54,616 nt of DNA from Candidatus Micrarchaeota archaeon (GTDB lineage: Archaea; Micrarchaeota; Micrarchaeia; Anstonellales; Bilamarchaeaceae). Below, one piece after another: positions 9,269 to 18,106 of the stretch (position 1 is its first letter; each line of letters starts with the position of its first letter). The DNA is taken from NCBI GenBank assembly GCA_040754495.1, contig JBFMCO010000041.1, forward strand, positions 1 to 54,616, read 5' to 3'. The notes under the pieces are model-generated. The model was given only the letters and a program-made list of their open reading frames with translations. It was not told the origin of the DNA and searched no databases. Made by a program: the position numbers and the translations under genes.

Positions 9269-10201
9269 CTAATCCTGCATGCGCATAACCTCTTCGACTG
9301 ATGCGGCCCTGCATATATTGTCCCTCATCATCGAGGCCCCCCTGATGCCGCTCATGAAGTTGACCGCTTTCAGCTTGACGTCTTTCAGCCTCGGCTCGCC
9401 CGCGTGCTTCCGGTGAAGCGACACGTAATCCCCGAGGAGCGCCATCCGCCCGGCTATCCCCTCCGGCTCCTTTCCCTCGAAAAACAGCGGGTTCCCCATT
9501 GCGGCCCGCGCCACCATGTACGAATCGCAATAGCCCTCTTCCACGAGGCGCTCCCCTTCCTCCCTGGAGCGGATGTCGCCGTTTCCCACAAGCGGCACGC
9601 GCAGCCTCTCCCTGAGGGACTTTATCATCCCCCAGTCCGCCTTTCCGGAATAGCCCTGGGCGGCGGTCCTTCCATGGATGATTATGAAATCAGCACCTGC
9701 TTCCTCGACGAGGCGGCAGAGGGCCGCCGTCTGCTCCAAATCCCCCTTTATCCTTATCTTTAAAGAGACCGGGACATCGCAGGCCCTTTTCATCTCGCGC
9801 ACGGATTCGGCGATCTTCCCGGGATGGGCGAGCATCGCGCTTCCCCCGCCGCACCCAATGGTCCGCGCCGAGGGGCAGCCGCAGTTGATGTTGAGCCAGG
9901 AGACGAACGGGAAGCGCTCCATCACGGCCCGGGCAGCCTTCCCCATGTGCGACGGCTCATTCCCCACGAGCTGGACGCCCGCGTTCCTCTCCTCCGGGTG
10001 CGCGTCCACGAGGGAGGTTTTGGATTCGTCGGACGCTATCGCCGTTGCGCTGACAAGCGGGACGCATACCGCATCAGCCTCATGGCGCTGGCACAGCAGC
10101 CGGAAGGGGAGGTCGGAATATCCGTCTATCGGTGAAAGGAAATTCCTGAATGCCACCACTACCAGACCCCGTCCTGAAATCACTGCCTTCCTTCGGCCCA
10201 T
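9269..10201 (-). CDS. dus: tRNA-dihydrouridine synthase
   Basis: NINCGCP, PVSLKIR, IIHGRT, GNGDI and MVARAAMGNP motifs. The start position is approximate. Confidence 0.93.
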   Translation of the reverse strand: MGRRKAVISGRGLVVVAFRNFLSPIDGYSDLPFRLLCQRHEADAVCVPLVSATAIASDESKTSLVDAHPEERNAGVQLVGNEPSHMGKAARAVMERFPFVSWLNINCGCPSARTIGCGGGSAMLAHPGKIAESVREMKRACDVPVSLKIRIKGDLEQTAALCRLVEEAGADFIIIHGRTAAQGYSGKADWGMIKSLRERLRVPLVGNGDIRSREEGERLVEEGYCDSYMVARAAMGNPLFFEGKEPEGIAGRMALLGDYVSLHRKHAGEPRLKDVKLKAVNFMSGIRGASMMRDNICRAASVEEVMRMQD

Positions 10202-10962
10202 CCGCGCACGCAGTCGCATCCCATCAGCGTGTCGAAAGGCACGGGGCTGCTCCGGAGGCCGGTGCCGTCCCATGTAAGCAGGTATCCGTTCTCCCAGGGG
10301 ATGCCGTTCCGGTCGCGGGCTATGAACGTCACGCCCTGCACGAGGTCGTATCCGACAAAAAGCGGGAACTGCATGCCCTCGTGCCGCCTTACCATGGCGC
10401 CCATGTCCACATAGACGGGTTCCCCGGCACGGCCCTCCGCGTAGGGCACGAGCGCCATGCGTGCATTTCCGGTGCCTGCAGCGTCCCTTATCAGCGCCAT
10501 GATGACCTTCCTGCCATCCCCGGTATCCGCCACCCTCAGGGCGTATCCGTACGGAAGCTCGCCGGGCGTCATGTCGAGCCGTATGCTCTGCTCGTATCTC
10601 CTGTTCCTGAAAATGTGGAGCACGGCCTGGTAGTCAGCAATCAGTGCGCCGACGCTGCCGCTCGCTCCGGAAACGTTCGTGTTCTCCACGACATGGGTGA
10701 GACCGCGCGACCGCATCATCTGCGCCGCTTCCTCTGGCATGGTGGCGCCCCTTGCGAATCCGAGCTGCTCTGCCGAAAGCTCGGTGCGGTTGTTTTCGTT
10801 GTATATCACGCTCTCGGGTTCCCTGGCGTAATATCCCCGGCCGCAGGCGGAAAATGAAAGCGAGGCCGCAATGACCGCCGCGGCAAGAATCCTGGCCGCC
10901 GGCCGGCGCGAGGCGACGCTGCCCTCATGGCAGAACCTGTCCTTCCCCCGCCTCAGTTCCAT
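10180..10962 (-). CDS. Putative secreted/lipoprotein of unknown function
   Basis: Basic N-region, hydrophobic stretch and lipobox-like SFSAC. Starts 1 nt after the HEAT gene stop. Confidence 0.65.
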   Translation of the reverse strand: MELRRGKDRFCHEGSVASRRPAARILAAAVIAASLSFSACGRGYYAREPESVIYNENNRTELSAEQLGFARGATMPEEAAQMMRSRGLTHVVENTNVSGASGSVGALIADYQAVLHIFRNRRYEQSIRLDMTPGELPYGYALRVADTGDGRKVIMALIRDAAGTGNARMALVPYAEGRAGEPVYVDMGAMVRRHEGMQFPLFVGYDLVQGVTFIARDRNGIPWENGYLLTWDGTGLRSSPVPFDTLMGCDCVRGWAEGRQ

Positions 10963-10963
10963 G

Positions 10964-12940
10964 TCATGCCGCCTTGTCCAGTCCCTTCCTGGCGAATGCC
11001 CGTATCTCCGGGTTCCTGTCCCTGGCGGCCGCCTGGAGCTCAGCCAAGGCGGGCTTTATGCTGGCGCCTTTTTCAGCAGCAAAGAACAGGGCTTTCGCGC
11101 AGACGAGAGCGACCTCACGGTCCTTGCCTCCCAGCGCGCGGCCAAGGGCAGGCACGGCGCTCGTCGTGTCCAGCCCTTTCTCGGTCCCCGTGAGAATCGC
11201 CATGGCCGCATTATACCTTATCGCCGCGTTCCTTGCTCCCAAGGCTCCGGCAAGCGCCTCTATGCCCGGGCTGATGTCGAACCCCTTCTCGCAGGCGCAA
11301 AGGAATGCCCAGGCCGACATCTCGCAGGCCCTCTCGTCCTTGGCGCCGAGCTTTTCGGAGAGGACGGATGCCGCACTCAGCCGGGACGGCTCGTACCCCA
11401 TCGCGCCGATGAACGCCTTTGCAGCGTAAGTCCTTATCTCCACATCGCGGTCGCCGATGATTCCGGCGAGTCCTGGGAGGGCGGGGCCCACGTCGGCTCC
11501 TTTCTCGGCGGCGCATGAGATGGCCCATGCTGCTGCCAGCCGGACGGAGGCGTCCTTGTCCGATGCCGCGGTGCCGAGCGCGCCTACTGCCGGGGAAACG
11601 CCTGCGCCACCCGTTGCAGAGTGCCCGAATGCAGAGACAGCGTTCATCCTCACCCTCTTTTCCCTGTCGGAAAGGGACTTCGCGAGGACTTCGAAAGCTG
11701 CGCTGACATCGATTCCCTGCGAGGCCGCGTCAGAGAGGGACTCTGATGCTAGCACCCTCACGTCCGGGCTCCCGTCCCTGAGGGCGTCTTTGAAGGCCGC
11801 GAGGCCCCGGGACCTGGTCTTTTCGTTAGTGACCGCGTTCCTGAGCGCAGAGGCGGCAAGCTCCCTCGCGTACCTTTTCTTGTTCTCGAGGGCGTTCTTC
11901 AGCACCTCGATTGCCATGTCGCTGGTCTTCTCGTTATCGACCGCGTATCCCAGCGCCTTGGAAGAATTGAGCCTCACGTCTTCGTTCGGGTCGGAAAGGG
12001 CGTGCTCCAGCATGGGAATGGCCGAGGAGATATGGACCCCCTTCGCTGCCGCGGCCTTAAGGGCCGAGCTGGAAGCCATTCGTATGGCCTCGATTCTGTC
12101 ATAGAGTGCATTCCCGAGGTACGGGATTGCGAGCGAAATATCGACATCCCTCCCTGCAGCGTCGCACAATGTCTGCGCTACAAGCAGCCTCACGCCGTCG
12201 TCTTTCTCGGAGAGCGCGTTCCTGAGGGCCGACACTGCCTCGTCCTTCGTGTTGGGATTGGCCGAAGCGTTAAGCAGGGCCCTTTTGGCTTCGAGCCTGA
12301 CCTCCTCGGAGCCGTCGGACAGCGCCCCCCCGAGGGCCCGGATGGCCGGGGTAATGTCCACGCCTTTCTCGGCGGCATCGGCCAGAGTCCTCGCCGCGTT
12401 CAGCCTGACGACATCACTGGAGCTTCCAAGGACGCTTCCGAGCAGGGACACCGCCTTCTCCCTGGTCTTCTCCTTCGACGCCGCGTTAAGGAGCGCGCGC
12501 ATCACGTTCTGCTGGACGTGCTCGTTCGTGTCGGCTATCGCGTTGCCGATTGCAGGCAGCGCGAACTCGATGCTCTGGCGCTCCGATATCTCCATCAGGT
12601 GGTACGACGAGGCGGCGCGCACGAGCGTCTGCGGGTTGCTCATAAGCTCGTCAATGCGCTTGCCGTCCCCGTTCTCGATGTAAAGCCTGGTGAGGACGGA
12701 AGCCGCCTCCTTGCAGACTACCTCGTCTCCCAGAAGGTGCTGGAGATATGCTGCTTCGTCCTGCGTCGCCTTCAGCTTCGTCAGCGCCCCATCGAGGTCG
12801 TTCTTTGCCAGGAACTCCTTGTACTGGCCGAGCACGTCCGGAGACAGCCTGTCCTCGAGCGGCGTCTTGCCGTTCCCGAGAACGGTGCCCGGGCGCCTGC
12901 CGCTGTCGCGTTTCCCAAATAGCGTTTCCCTGATACCCAT
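10964..12940 (-). CDS. HEAT/ARM-like repeat protein (658 aa)
   Basis: Many repeats of AA.KG.DIS.A+P.L..AL.D....VR..A..AL across most of the protein. Confidence 0.92.
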   Translation of the reverse strand: MGIRETLFGKRDSGRRPGTVLGNGKTPLEDRLSPDVLGQYKEFLAKNDLDGALTKLKATQDEAAYLQHLLGDEVVCKEAASVLTRLYIENGDGKRIDELMSNPQTLVRAASSYHLMEISERQSIEFALPAIGNAIADTNEHVQQNVMRALLNAASKEKTREKAVSLLGSVLGSSSDVVRLNAARTLADAAEKGVDITPAIRALGGALSDGSEEVRLEAKRALLNASANPNTKDEAVSALRNALSEKDDGVRLLVAQTLCDAAGRDVDISLAIPYLGNALYDRIEAIRMASSSALKAAAAKGVHISSAIPMLEHALSDPNEDVRLNSSKALGYAVDNEKTSDMAIEVLKNALENKKRYARELAASALRNAVTNEKTRSRGLAAFKDALRDGSPDVRVLASESLSDAASQGIDVSAAFEVLAKSLSDREKRVRMNAVSAFGHSATGGAGVSPAVGALGTAASDKDASVRLAAAWAISCAAEKGADVGPALPGLAGIIGDRDVEIRTYAAKAFIGAMGYEPSRLSAASVLSEKLGAKDERACEMSAWAFLCACEKGFDISPGIEALAGALGARNAAIRYNAAMAILTGTEKGLDTTSAVPALGRALGGKDREVALVCAKALFFAAEKGASIKPALAELQAAARDRNPEIRAFARKGLDKAA

Positions 12941-12991
12941 GTCTCCCGCCTTCTCTTTCTTCCATTTATCATATTTATTATTTAAATATAA

Positions 12992-14281
12992 CTATCGTCC
13001 GCCAGTGCCGGCGCCCTGCGGGGCATCCGTGCCGGCATCCGGCGCTTCGCGCTGGCTGAAGATGCCATGCATCCCGGATAGCGACCATCCAGAGGCCGCA
13101 GCGGCCGCGGTGATGATGAGCGCCCCTGCTATGAGCATGTTCCTTATCCTGCCCGCCCGCCGCGTCCTGGCCTCATCTTCCCTCCTTATCCGGCAGAGCC
13201 CCTCGCGGACCCTCTCTCCCCCCTCGCTCTTCTCGAGGGCGACCTTTTTCCTCGGAACGTATTTCGGAGCGCTTATGCGCTCGACCGCCCTCGCCATCTC
13301 CATCATGTCGGCGAAGCGCTCCGAGGGCGTTTTCCGAAGAGCCCTGAGGATGACCGCTTCGAGCTCCTCGGGTATGGCCGCATCGGGCCTTCTCTGCCTC
13401 GGCGGCTCGGGCGCCTGATTCTCGTGCATGTCAAGAATCCTGAGGGCGGTGGCCATGTCCATCGTGCTCCTCCCGGGTATGTCGAATGGAACCGTGCCCG
13501 TCAGCATTTCGTACATGATGATGCCGGTCGCATAAATGTCAGCCCGATGGTCCAGCTCCCTTCCGGGCACCTGCTCGGGTGCCATGTAGAACGGCGTGCC
13601 AAGGAGGGAATCGGCATTCGTCTTGTGGGGCGCAAGCCCGGTGATGGCTTCTGCCGCGGGTGCGCCTTCCTGCCTATCCTCGGCGCCGTTCTGAAGAAGC
13701 CGGGCAATCCCGAAATCGAGTATCTTCACGTACTCCTTCCCGTCCCTGCGCTCCACCAGGAAGACGTTCTCAGGCTTCATGTCCCGATGGACGACCCCTT
13801 TCTCGTGCGCCGCGGCGAGCGCGCTGCAGGCCTGGATGATGATGTCCCTCGACCTCTCGTCCCAGGGCGTGTATCCCTCGGTCGCGATAAGAGTGGCCAA
13901 ATCCCTCCCCTTCAGGAGCTCCATCACATAGAACGGCGGCGGGCTTACGACCAGGTCTGTTATCATGACTATGTGCTCGCTCTCAATCTGGGAGGTTATC
14001 CTCGCTTCCCTGGCGAATCTCTGCTGCAGCTCGACTCTTCCGGCGAAAATGGGCGGAAGCATCTTCACCGCGACGATTTTGCCGAGCCTCTGGTCCTCCG
14101 CCGCGTATATGCGGCCCATCCCGCCCTCGCCTATCTTCTCGACTATCTTGTAGCGGTCGCCGAGCAAGGTTCCCCTGGCCGGCTCCTCCAGCGGGTTTTT
14201 GATTGCCGGAGGCCGTTTCGAGATCGGTGCATCCAAGGTGGCTCCATGCTGGTCCTCCTTCGGCGCTTTCCTCCTGCTCAT
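12992..14281 (-). CDS. Hanks-type Ser/Thr protein kinase (PknB/myxobacterial Pkn-like) with C-terminal TM helix
   Basis: IGEGGMGRIY, VAVK, RFAREA, HRDMKPEN, DFG, GTPFYMAPE and DIYATG subdomains are all intact. A hydrophobic segment lies near the C-terminus. Confidence 0.97.
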   Translation of the reverse strand: MSRRKAPKEDQHGATLDAPISKRPPAIKNPLEEPARGTLLGDRYKIVEKIGEGGMGRIYAAEDQRLGKIVAVKMLPPIFAGRVELQQRFAREARITSQIESEHIVMITDLVVSPPPFYVMELLKGRDLATLIATEGYTPWDERSRDIIIQACSALAAAHEKGVVHRDMKPENVFLVERRDGKEYVKILDFGIARLLQNGAEDRQEGAPAAEAITGLAPHKTNADSLLGTPFYMAPEQVPGRELDHRADIYATGIIMYEMLTGTVPFDIPGRSTMDMATALRILDMHENQAPEPPRQRRPDAAIPEELEAVILRALRKTPSERFADMMEMARAVERISAPKYVPRKKVALEKSEGGERVREGLCRIRREDEARTRRAGRIRNMLIAGALIITAAAAASGWSLSGMHGIFSQREAPDAGTDAPQGAGTGGR

Positions 14282-14374
14282 GTCGTAAAGTATGGCTGCT
14301 AGTATTTTTAAGTATGCCTGAAAACGGATTTTTGTGGATTTTTACCAGGCGCATGTCCCCCAAAAGGAGCCCTC

Positions 14375-15190
14375 TTATTTCCCGGCGCTGCGCTCCATCT
14401 TCTGCAGGTCCTTCACGAATACCTCCAGTTTCGGCGTCGGCTTTATCATGGCCTCGGTCTCACGGAGCAGTTCCCTGAACCGGGGCTCATCGATGTTCCT
14501 CGGCTTCCCGCCCTCCAGGGTTATCACCTTCTCTACCCTGCCCTTGTTGACGATTATTGCGCGGTCGGAGAGCGAGAGGGCCTGCTCCACCAGGTGAGTC
14601 ACCAGTATCACGGTTATGCCGAGCTCGGCCTGTATCTGCAGAAGCTGCTCCTCGAGCTTCCGCCGGGTCTGGACGTCGAGCGCGGAGAACGCCTCGTCCA
14701 GCATGAGCACCTCGGGCTTGTTGACAAGGACTCTCGCTATGGCGACACGCTGCTGCATGCCGCCGGAAAGCTGCACCGGATACTTGTCCCGGTGCTCGAG
14801 TATCCCCATGAGGTCGAGGGCCTCCTCGGCAAGCTGCCGCTTTTCCTCGTTGGGGACACCCCGGATATCAAGTCCGAATTCCACGTTTCCGAGGGCTGTC
14901 CGCCACGGGAAGAGCGCGTAATCCTGGTAGACCAGCCCTATCCTGGCCGTGGGGCGCCTGAGCTCGCGGCCGTGCAGGTACACCCTGCCGTCTGCCGGGG
15001 CAAGGAGGCCCGCGAGCGCCTGGAGGAGCGTGGTCTTGCCTGCCCCGGAGCTGCCTATTATCGAGAGGAACTCGCCCCGGCGGACATCGAACGAGATGTG
15101 CTCGAGGATCCTCTCCTCCCCGCCCCTGCTGAGGGTCAGGTCCTCGACCCTCATGATGGTTCCTTCCTGCGCCTTCCGCTCCCTTGCCAT
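14375..15190 (-). CDS. NitT/TauT-family ABC transporter ATP-binding subunit
   Basis: GSSGAGKT, LSGGMQQR, LLMDE-like VLMLDEAFSALD and the H-loop VTH. Confidence 0.95.
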   Translation of the reverse strand: MARERKAQEGTIMRVEDLTLSRGGEERILEHISFDVRRGEFLSIIGSSGAGKTTLLQALAGLLAPADGRVYLHGRELRRPTARIGLVYQDYALFPWRTALGNVEFGLDIRGVPNEEKRQLAEEALDLMGILEHRDKYPVQLSGGMQQRVAIARVLVNKPEVLMLDEAFSALDVQTRRKLEEQLLQIQAELGITVILVTHLVEQALSLSDRAIIVNKGRVEKVITLEGGKPRNIDEPRFRELLRETEAMIKPTPKLEVFVKDLQKMERSAGK

Positions 15191-15191
15191 C

Positions 15192-15971
15192 TCAACCCTC
15201 CGTATCCGCTCCTCCTTTCCAGCGCTGTATCTTCCTGTCCATGGTGTCGAATATCACTTTCTCGAATATTATCATCATCACGCCCAGCGTTATCATGCTC
15301 ACGATGACGCTGTCGGTCTGCGCGGTGTTCTTGGCCTCTATGAGGAGCGCGCCGACGCCCCTCGGAAGCCCGATTATCTCGGCCGCGACGACAGTCCTCC
15401 ACGCGAATCCTGTGGCCACGCGCGAGCCCGTCACGATGTCCGGGAAGACGCCGGGCAGTATCACCCTGGCGAAGACCTGGAGCTCGCTCGCCCCGAGCGT
15501 CCTCGCGACGTTTATCAGGTCGCGGTCGAAGCGCTGGACCGCGTTCATGACGTTGATGTATATCGGGAAGAAGCAGGCGATGGAAATGACGAAGACCGCC
15601 GCGTTGTTGCTCAGCCCGAAAAGCAGGAACGCGAACGGCACCCATGCGATTCCGGGTATCGGCTGCATCAGCTGGACCCACGGCCGGAGGACGTTCCTGA
15701 GTATCTGGTTGCTCCCGGATATCAGGCCGAGGGGCACTGCGATGAGGAACGCGACGCTGAAGCCGAGGATTATCCTCGCCGTGCTGACCCATATGTCCAC
15801 GAACATCTGCCCGCTCGCTATCATGCGCTCGAACGTGAGAGCTATCTTGAGCGGGCTCGGCAGGACGAGCTCGCTGACCGCCCCGCTGCTTGACAGATAC
15901 TCCCAAACGACAAGCACCGCAAGTATGGAAACAATCCAGATGCCGTACCTCTCGTATCGCGTCAGCCCCAA
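15192..15971 (-). CDS. NitT/TauT-family ABC transporter permease
   Basis: LVLPSP, PIPGIAWVP and EAA-like ARTLGAS motifs with TM helices. Confidence 0.95.
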   Translation of the reverse strand: MGLTRYERYGIWIVSILAVLVVWEYLSSSGAVSELVLPSPLKIALTFERMIASGQMFVDIWVSTARIILGFSVAFLIAVPLGLISGSNQILRNVLRPWVQLMQPIPGIAWVPFAFLLFGLSNNAAVFVISIACFFPIYINVMNAVQRFDRDLINVARTLGASELQVFARVILPGVFPDIVTGSRVATGFAWRTVVAAEIIGLPRGVGALLIEAKNTAQTDSVIVSMITLGVMMIIFEKVIFDTMDRKIQRWKGGADTEG

Positions 15972-16853
15972 TCAACCACCATACAATATCTCGCTCTTTT
16001 CCGGTATCCTGGACAGGTAGCCGTTCTCCCGGGCCATTTCCCACAGCTCGGCCATGCTGTCCCAGTCCAGCGACGCGTTGTATTCGACCCTTTTCCGCAG
16101 GAGGGGCTCTATCCTCATCGCCTTCGCGACCGCAGCCTCCGAGCCCGGCTGGTTGAGGTAGCCTATCGTCCGGTTGTTTATCCTCATGAGCTTCCGGACG
16201 AGCTCCGGGTCCTTGGCAGCCTTCCCGCTCACCACCAGGACGTTGCGCTGGTACATGGTCCCCTTCTCTTTCTCCCACTCGGAACCCGTGTCGAATATGC
16301 ACTCCCCGCCCCCCTTCTCGATTGCGCTCGCGAAAGGCTCCCATACGAACGCTGCGTCCACGTCCCTGGTCACCAGGAGGGCGGTGGGCATGTCGGCCGG
16401 CTCGATGCCGTAGACGGGCTGGAAGTCGAACTTGTCCTCGACGTACAGGTCGTAGAGCGTCTGAGTGAACGTTCCCTTGTTGGATATCGCGACCGACCCG
16501 CTCAGCCTTCCGTCCCGGGTGCAGAGCATGTCGCCTCCCCTGCTCGCCCCGGCCAGTATCACTATGTCCGTGCCCTTCGCCTTCCAGATGCCGGCAGGGA
16601 CAGTGCTCATGTAGGCGACATCTATCTCGCCCGCGGCTATCGCCTCGGCAAGGGCAGGCGACGTCCCGAAGGAATGGACGCTTACGCTGAGGCCGTCGTC
16701 CTCGAAATAGCCCTGGTCCCTTGCGATGAGGGGATGTATGGTATCCACCGTCTTGAGCATCCCCACCCTGAGGTCGGCCTTCGGCTCGGTTTCGTAGAGG
16801 CTGAAGGCCGCGAGCCCAACCAGCATCGCCCATATGGCCATCAGCTTGTACAT
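15972..16853 (-). CDS. SsuA/TauA/NMT1-like substrate-binding protein
   Basis: N-terminal hydrophobic anchor, GYFEDDGL, AIAAGEID and WEPF motifs. First gene of the ABC operon. Confidence 0.88.
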   Translation of the reverse strand: MYKLMAIWAMLVGLAAFSLYETEPKADLRVGMLKTVDTIHPLIARDQGYFEDDGLSVSVHSFGTSPALAEAIAAGEIDVAYMSTVPAGIWKAKGTDIVILAGASRGGDMLCTRDGRLSGSVAISNKGTFTQTLYDLYVEDKFDFQPVYGIEPADMPTALLVTRDVDAAFVWEPFASAIEKGGGECIFDTGSEWEKEKGTMYQRNVLVVSGKAAKDPELVRKLMRINNRTIGYLNQPGSEAAVAKAMRIEPLLRKRVEYNASLDWDSMAELWEMARENGYLSRIPEKSEILYGG

Positions 16854-16942
16854 GAGCAGAAAATCCGAGGCAATTTATATAAATGCCCGCCCTTTTCGCC
16901 TCTGGATGCTAAGCCTGAAACCAGAAAAAAGGGGTGGCGGGG

Positions 16943-17104
16943 TCAGCCCACGGAAGCGTGGAAAAGCGGCTCATGCCTGAAGAACGGAGTCCGCTTGGTG
17001 CAAATCTCAAGCTCCCGGTAATCCAGTTCCCTGAAGAGTGGCCCCACGGAGAATATCTCCAGGTTGACCGGTCCATCCACATTCATGTGCCATCCCCCCA
17101 CCAT
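16943..17104 (-). CDS. Possible 47-53 aa small protein
   Basis: GGTGA upstream of ATG 17104, with an alternative ATG at 17086. An AT-rich promoter region lies upstream and a T-run follows the stop. No recognisable domain. Confidence 0.35.
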   Translation of the reverse strand: MVGGWHMNVDGPVNLEIFSVGPLFRELDYRELEICTKRTPFFRHEPLFHASVG

Positions 17105-17344
17105 TTCACCCGCAAACGCGGGGAACCCACATTCCAACCCCTTCCATCCCCGTTATCTTCTCTCAATGGTTGTATTTATATGTTTTCTCAAATTTATTGT
17201 CCATTTGACCATTTCTTTTATAATTTTTATGTAGTTTTTAACTATGTTTTTTCAGATTTCAGAGAAAAAAGCGAATCCGGGGCCATGTCCGCTCCGGGTG
17301 CAGCGGATGCGGCCCGTAATGGCTTTTAATTGGACGCGGCATTA

Positions 17345-18106
17345 ATGCGCCTCATGGACAAAAAGCTCTCTTTCGCTTCATGCGGCGATGAAATCGCCGC
17401 GGTGCTCGGGGAGCCTGAGGAGCCTAACGGGAGGGGAGTCCTCCTTCTCCACTGCTTCACGTGCACCAAGCACCACCGGGTGATGCGGGCCCTCTCCGAG
17501 TGCCTGGTTTCCTCCGGATTCACGACGCTGCGCTTCGACTTCTCCGGAAACGGGGAGAGCGGCGGGAAGCTCGAGGATTCGACTTACACCAAGATGCTTT
17601 CAGAGTCTTACGAGGCGGTTTCGGTCCTGGAGCGGCGCGGCATAAAAAGAATCGGCATCGCAGGCCACAGCATGGGGGCGATGCTCGCCCTTCTCGCGGC
17701 TTCCGGCGATTCGCGCATCCGGGCCGTCGCGTTCATCTCAGGCAGCTCGCAGGCGGCCAGGGTGCGGGAGGTATTCCCGGCAGAGGCCATTGAGAAGGCG
17801 GAGCGGGAGGGCTCTGCCATGGCGTTCGTTTACGGGCGGGACATGCTGCTCAAGAGGGAATTCCTGCAGGATGTGGAGAAATACAACGTCGGCCACGCGG
17901 TCGCGACGCTGGAGAGGCCCCTCCTGATAATGCACGGGACGGCGGACGAAATCATCCCCCCGGTCCACGCCCGCCAGCTCTTCAACTGGGCCTCCGGGCG
18001 AAAAAGGCTCGACCTCATGGAGGGCGCCGACCATCTCTTCAGGAAGGAAGAGCACCTGGGCGCAGTGCGGGAGCATATGTGCGAGTGGTTCGGCGAGGTG
18101 CTCTGA
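17345..18106 (+). CDS. Alpha/beta hydrolase (OsmC N-terminal-like/YqkD-like)
   Basis: LRFDFSGNGES, nucleophile elbow GHSMG, HGTAD and GADH give a complete triad. Confidence 0.93.
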   Translation: MRLMDKKLSFASCGDEIAAVLGEPEEPNGRGVLLLHCFTCTKHHRVMRALSECLVSSGFTTLRFDFSGNGESGGKLEDSTYTKMLSESYEAVSVLERRGIKRIGIAGHSMGAMLALLAASGDSRIRAVAFISGSSQAARVREVFPAEAIEKAEREGSAMAFVYGRDMLLKREFLQDVEKYNVGHAVATLERPLLIMHGTADEIIPPVHARQLFNWASGRKRLDLMEGADHLFRKEEHLGAVREHMCEWFGEVL

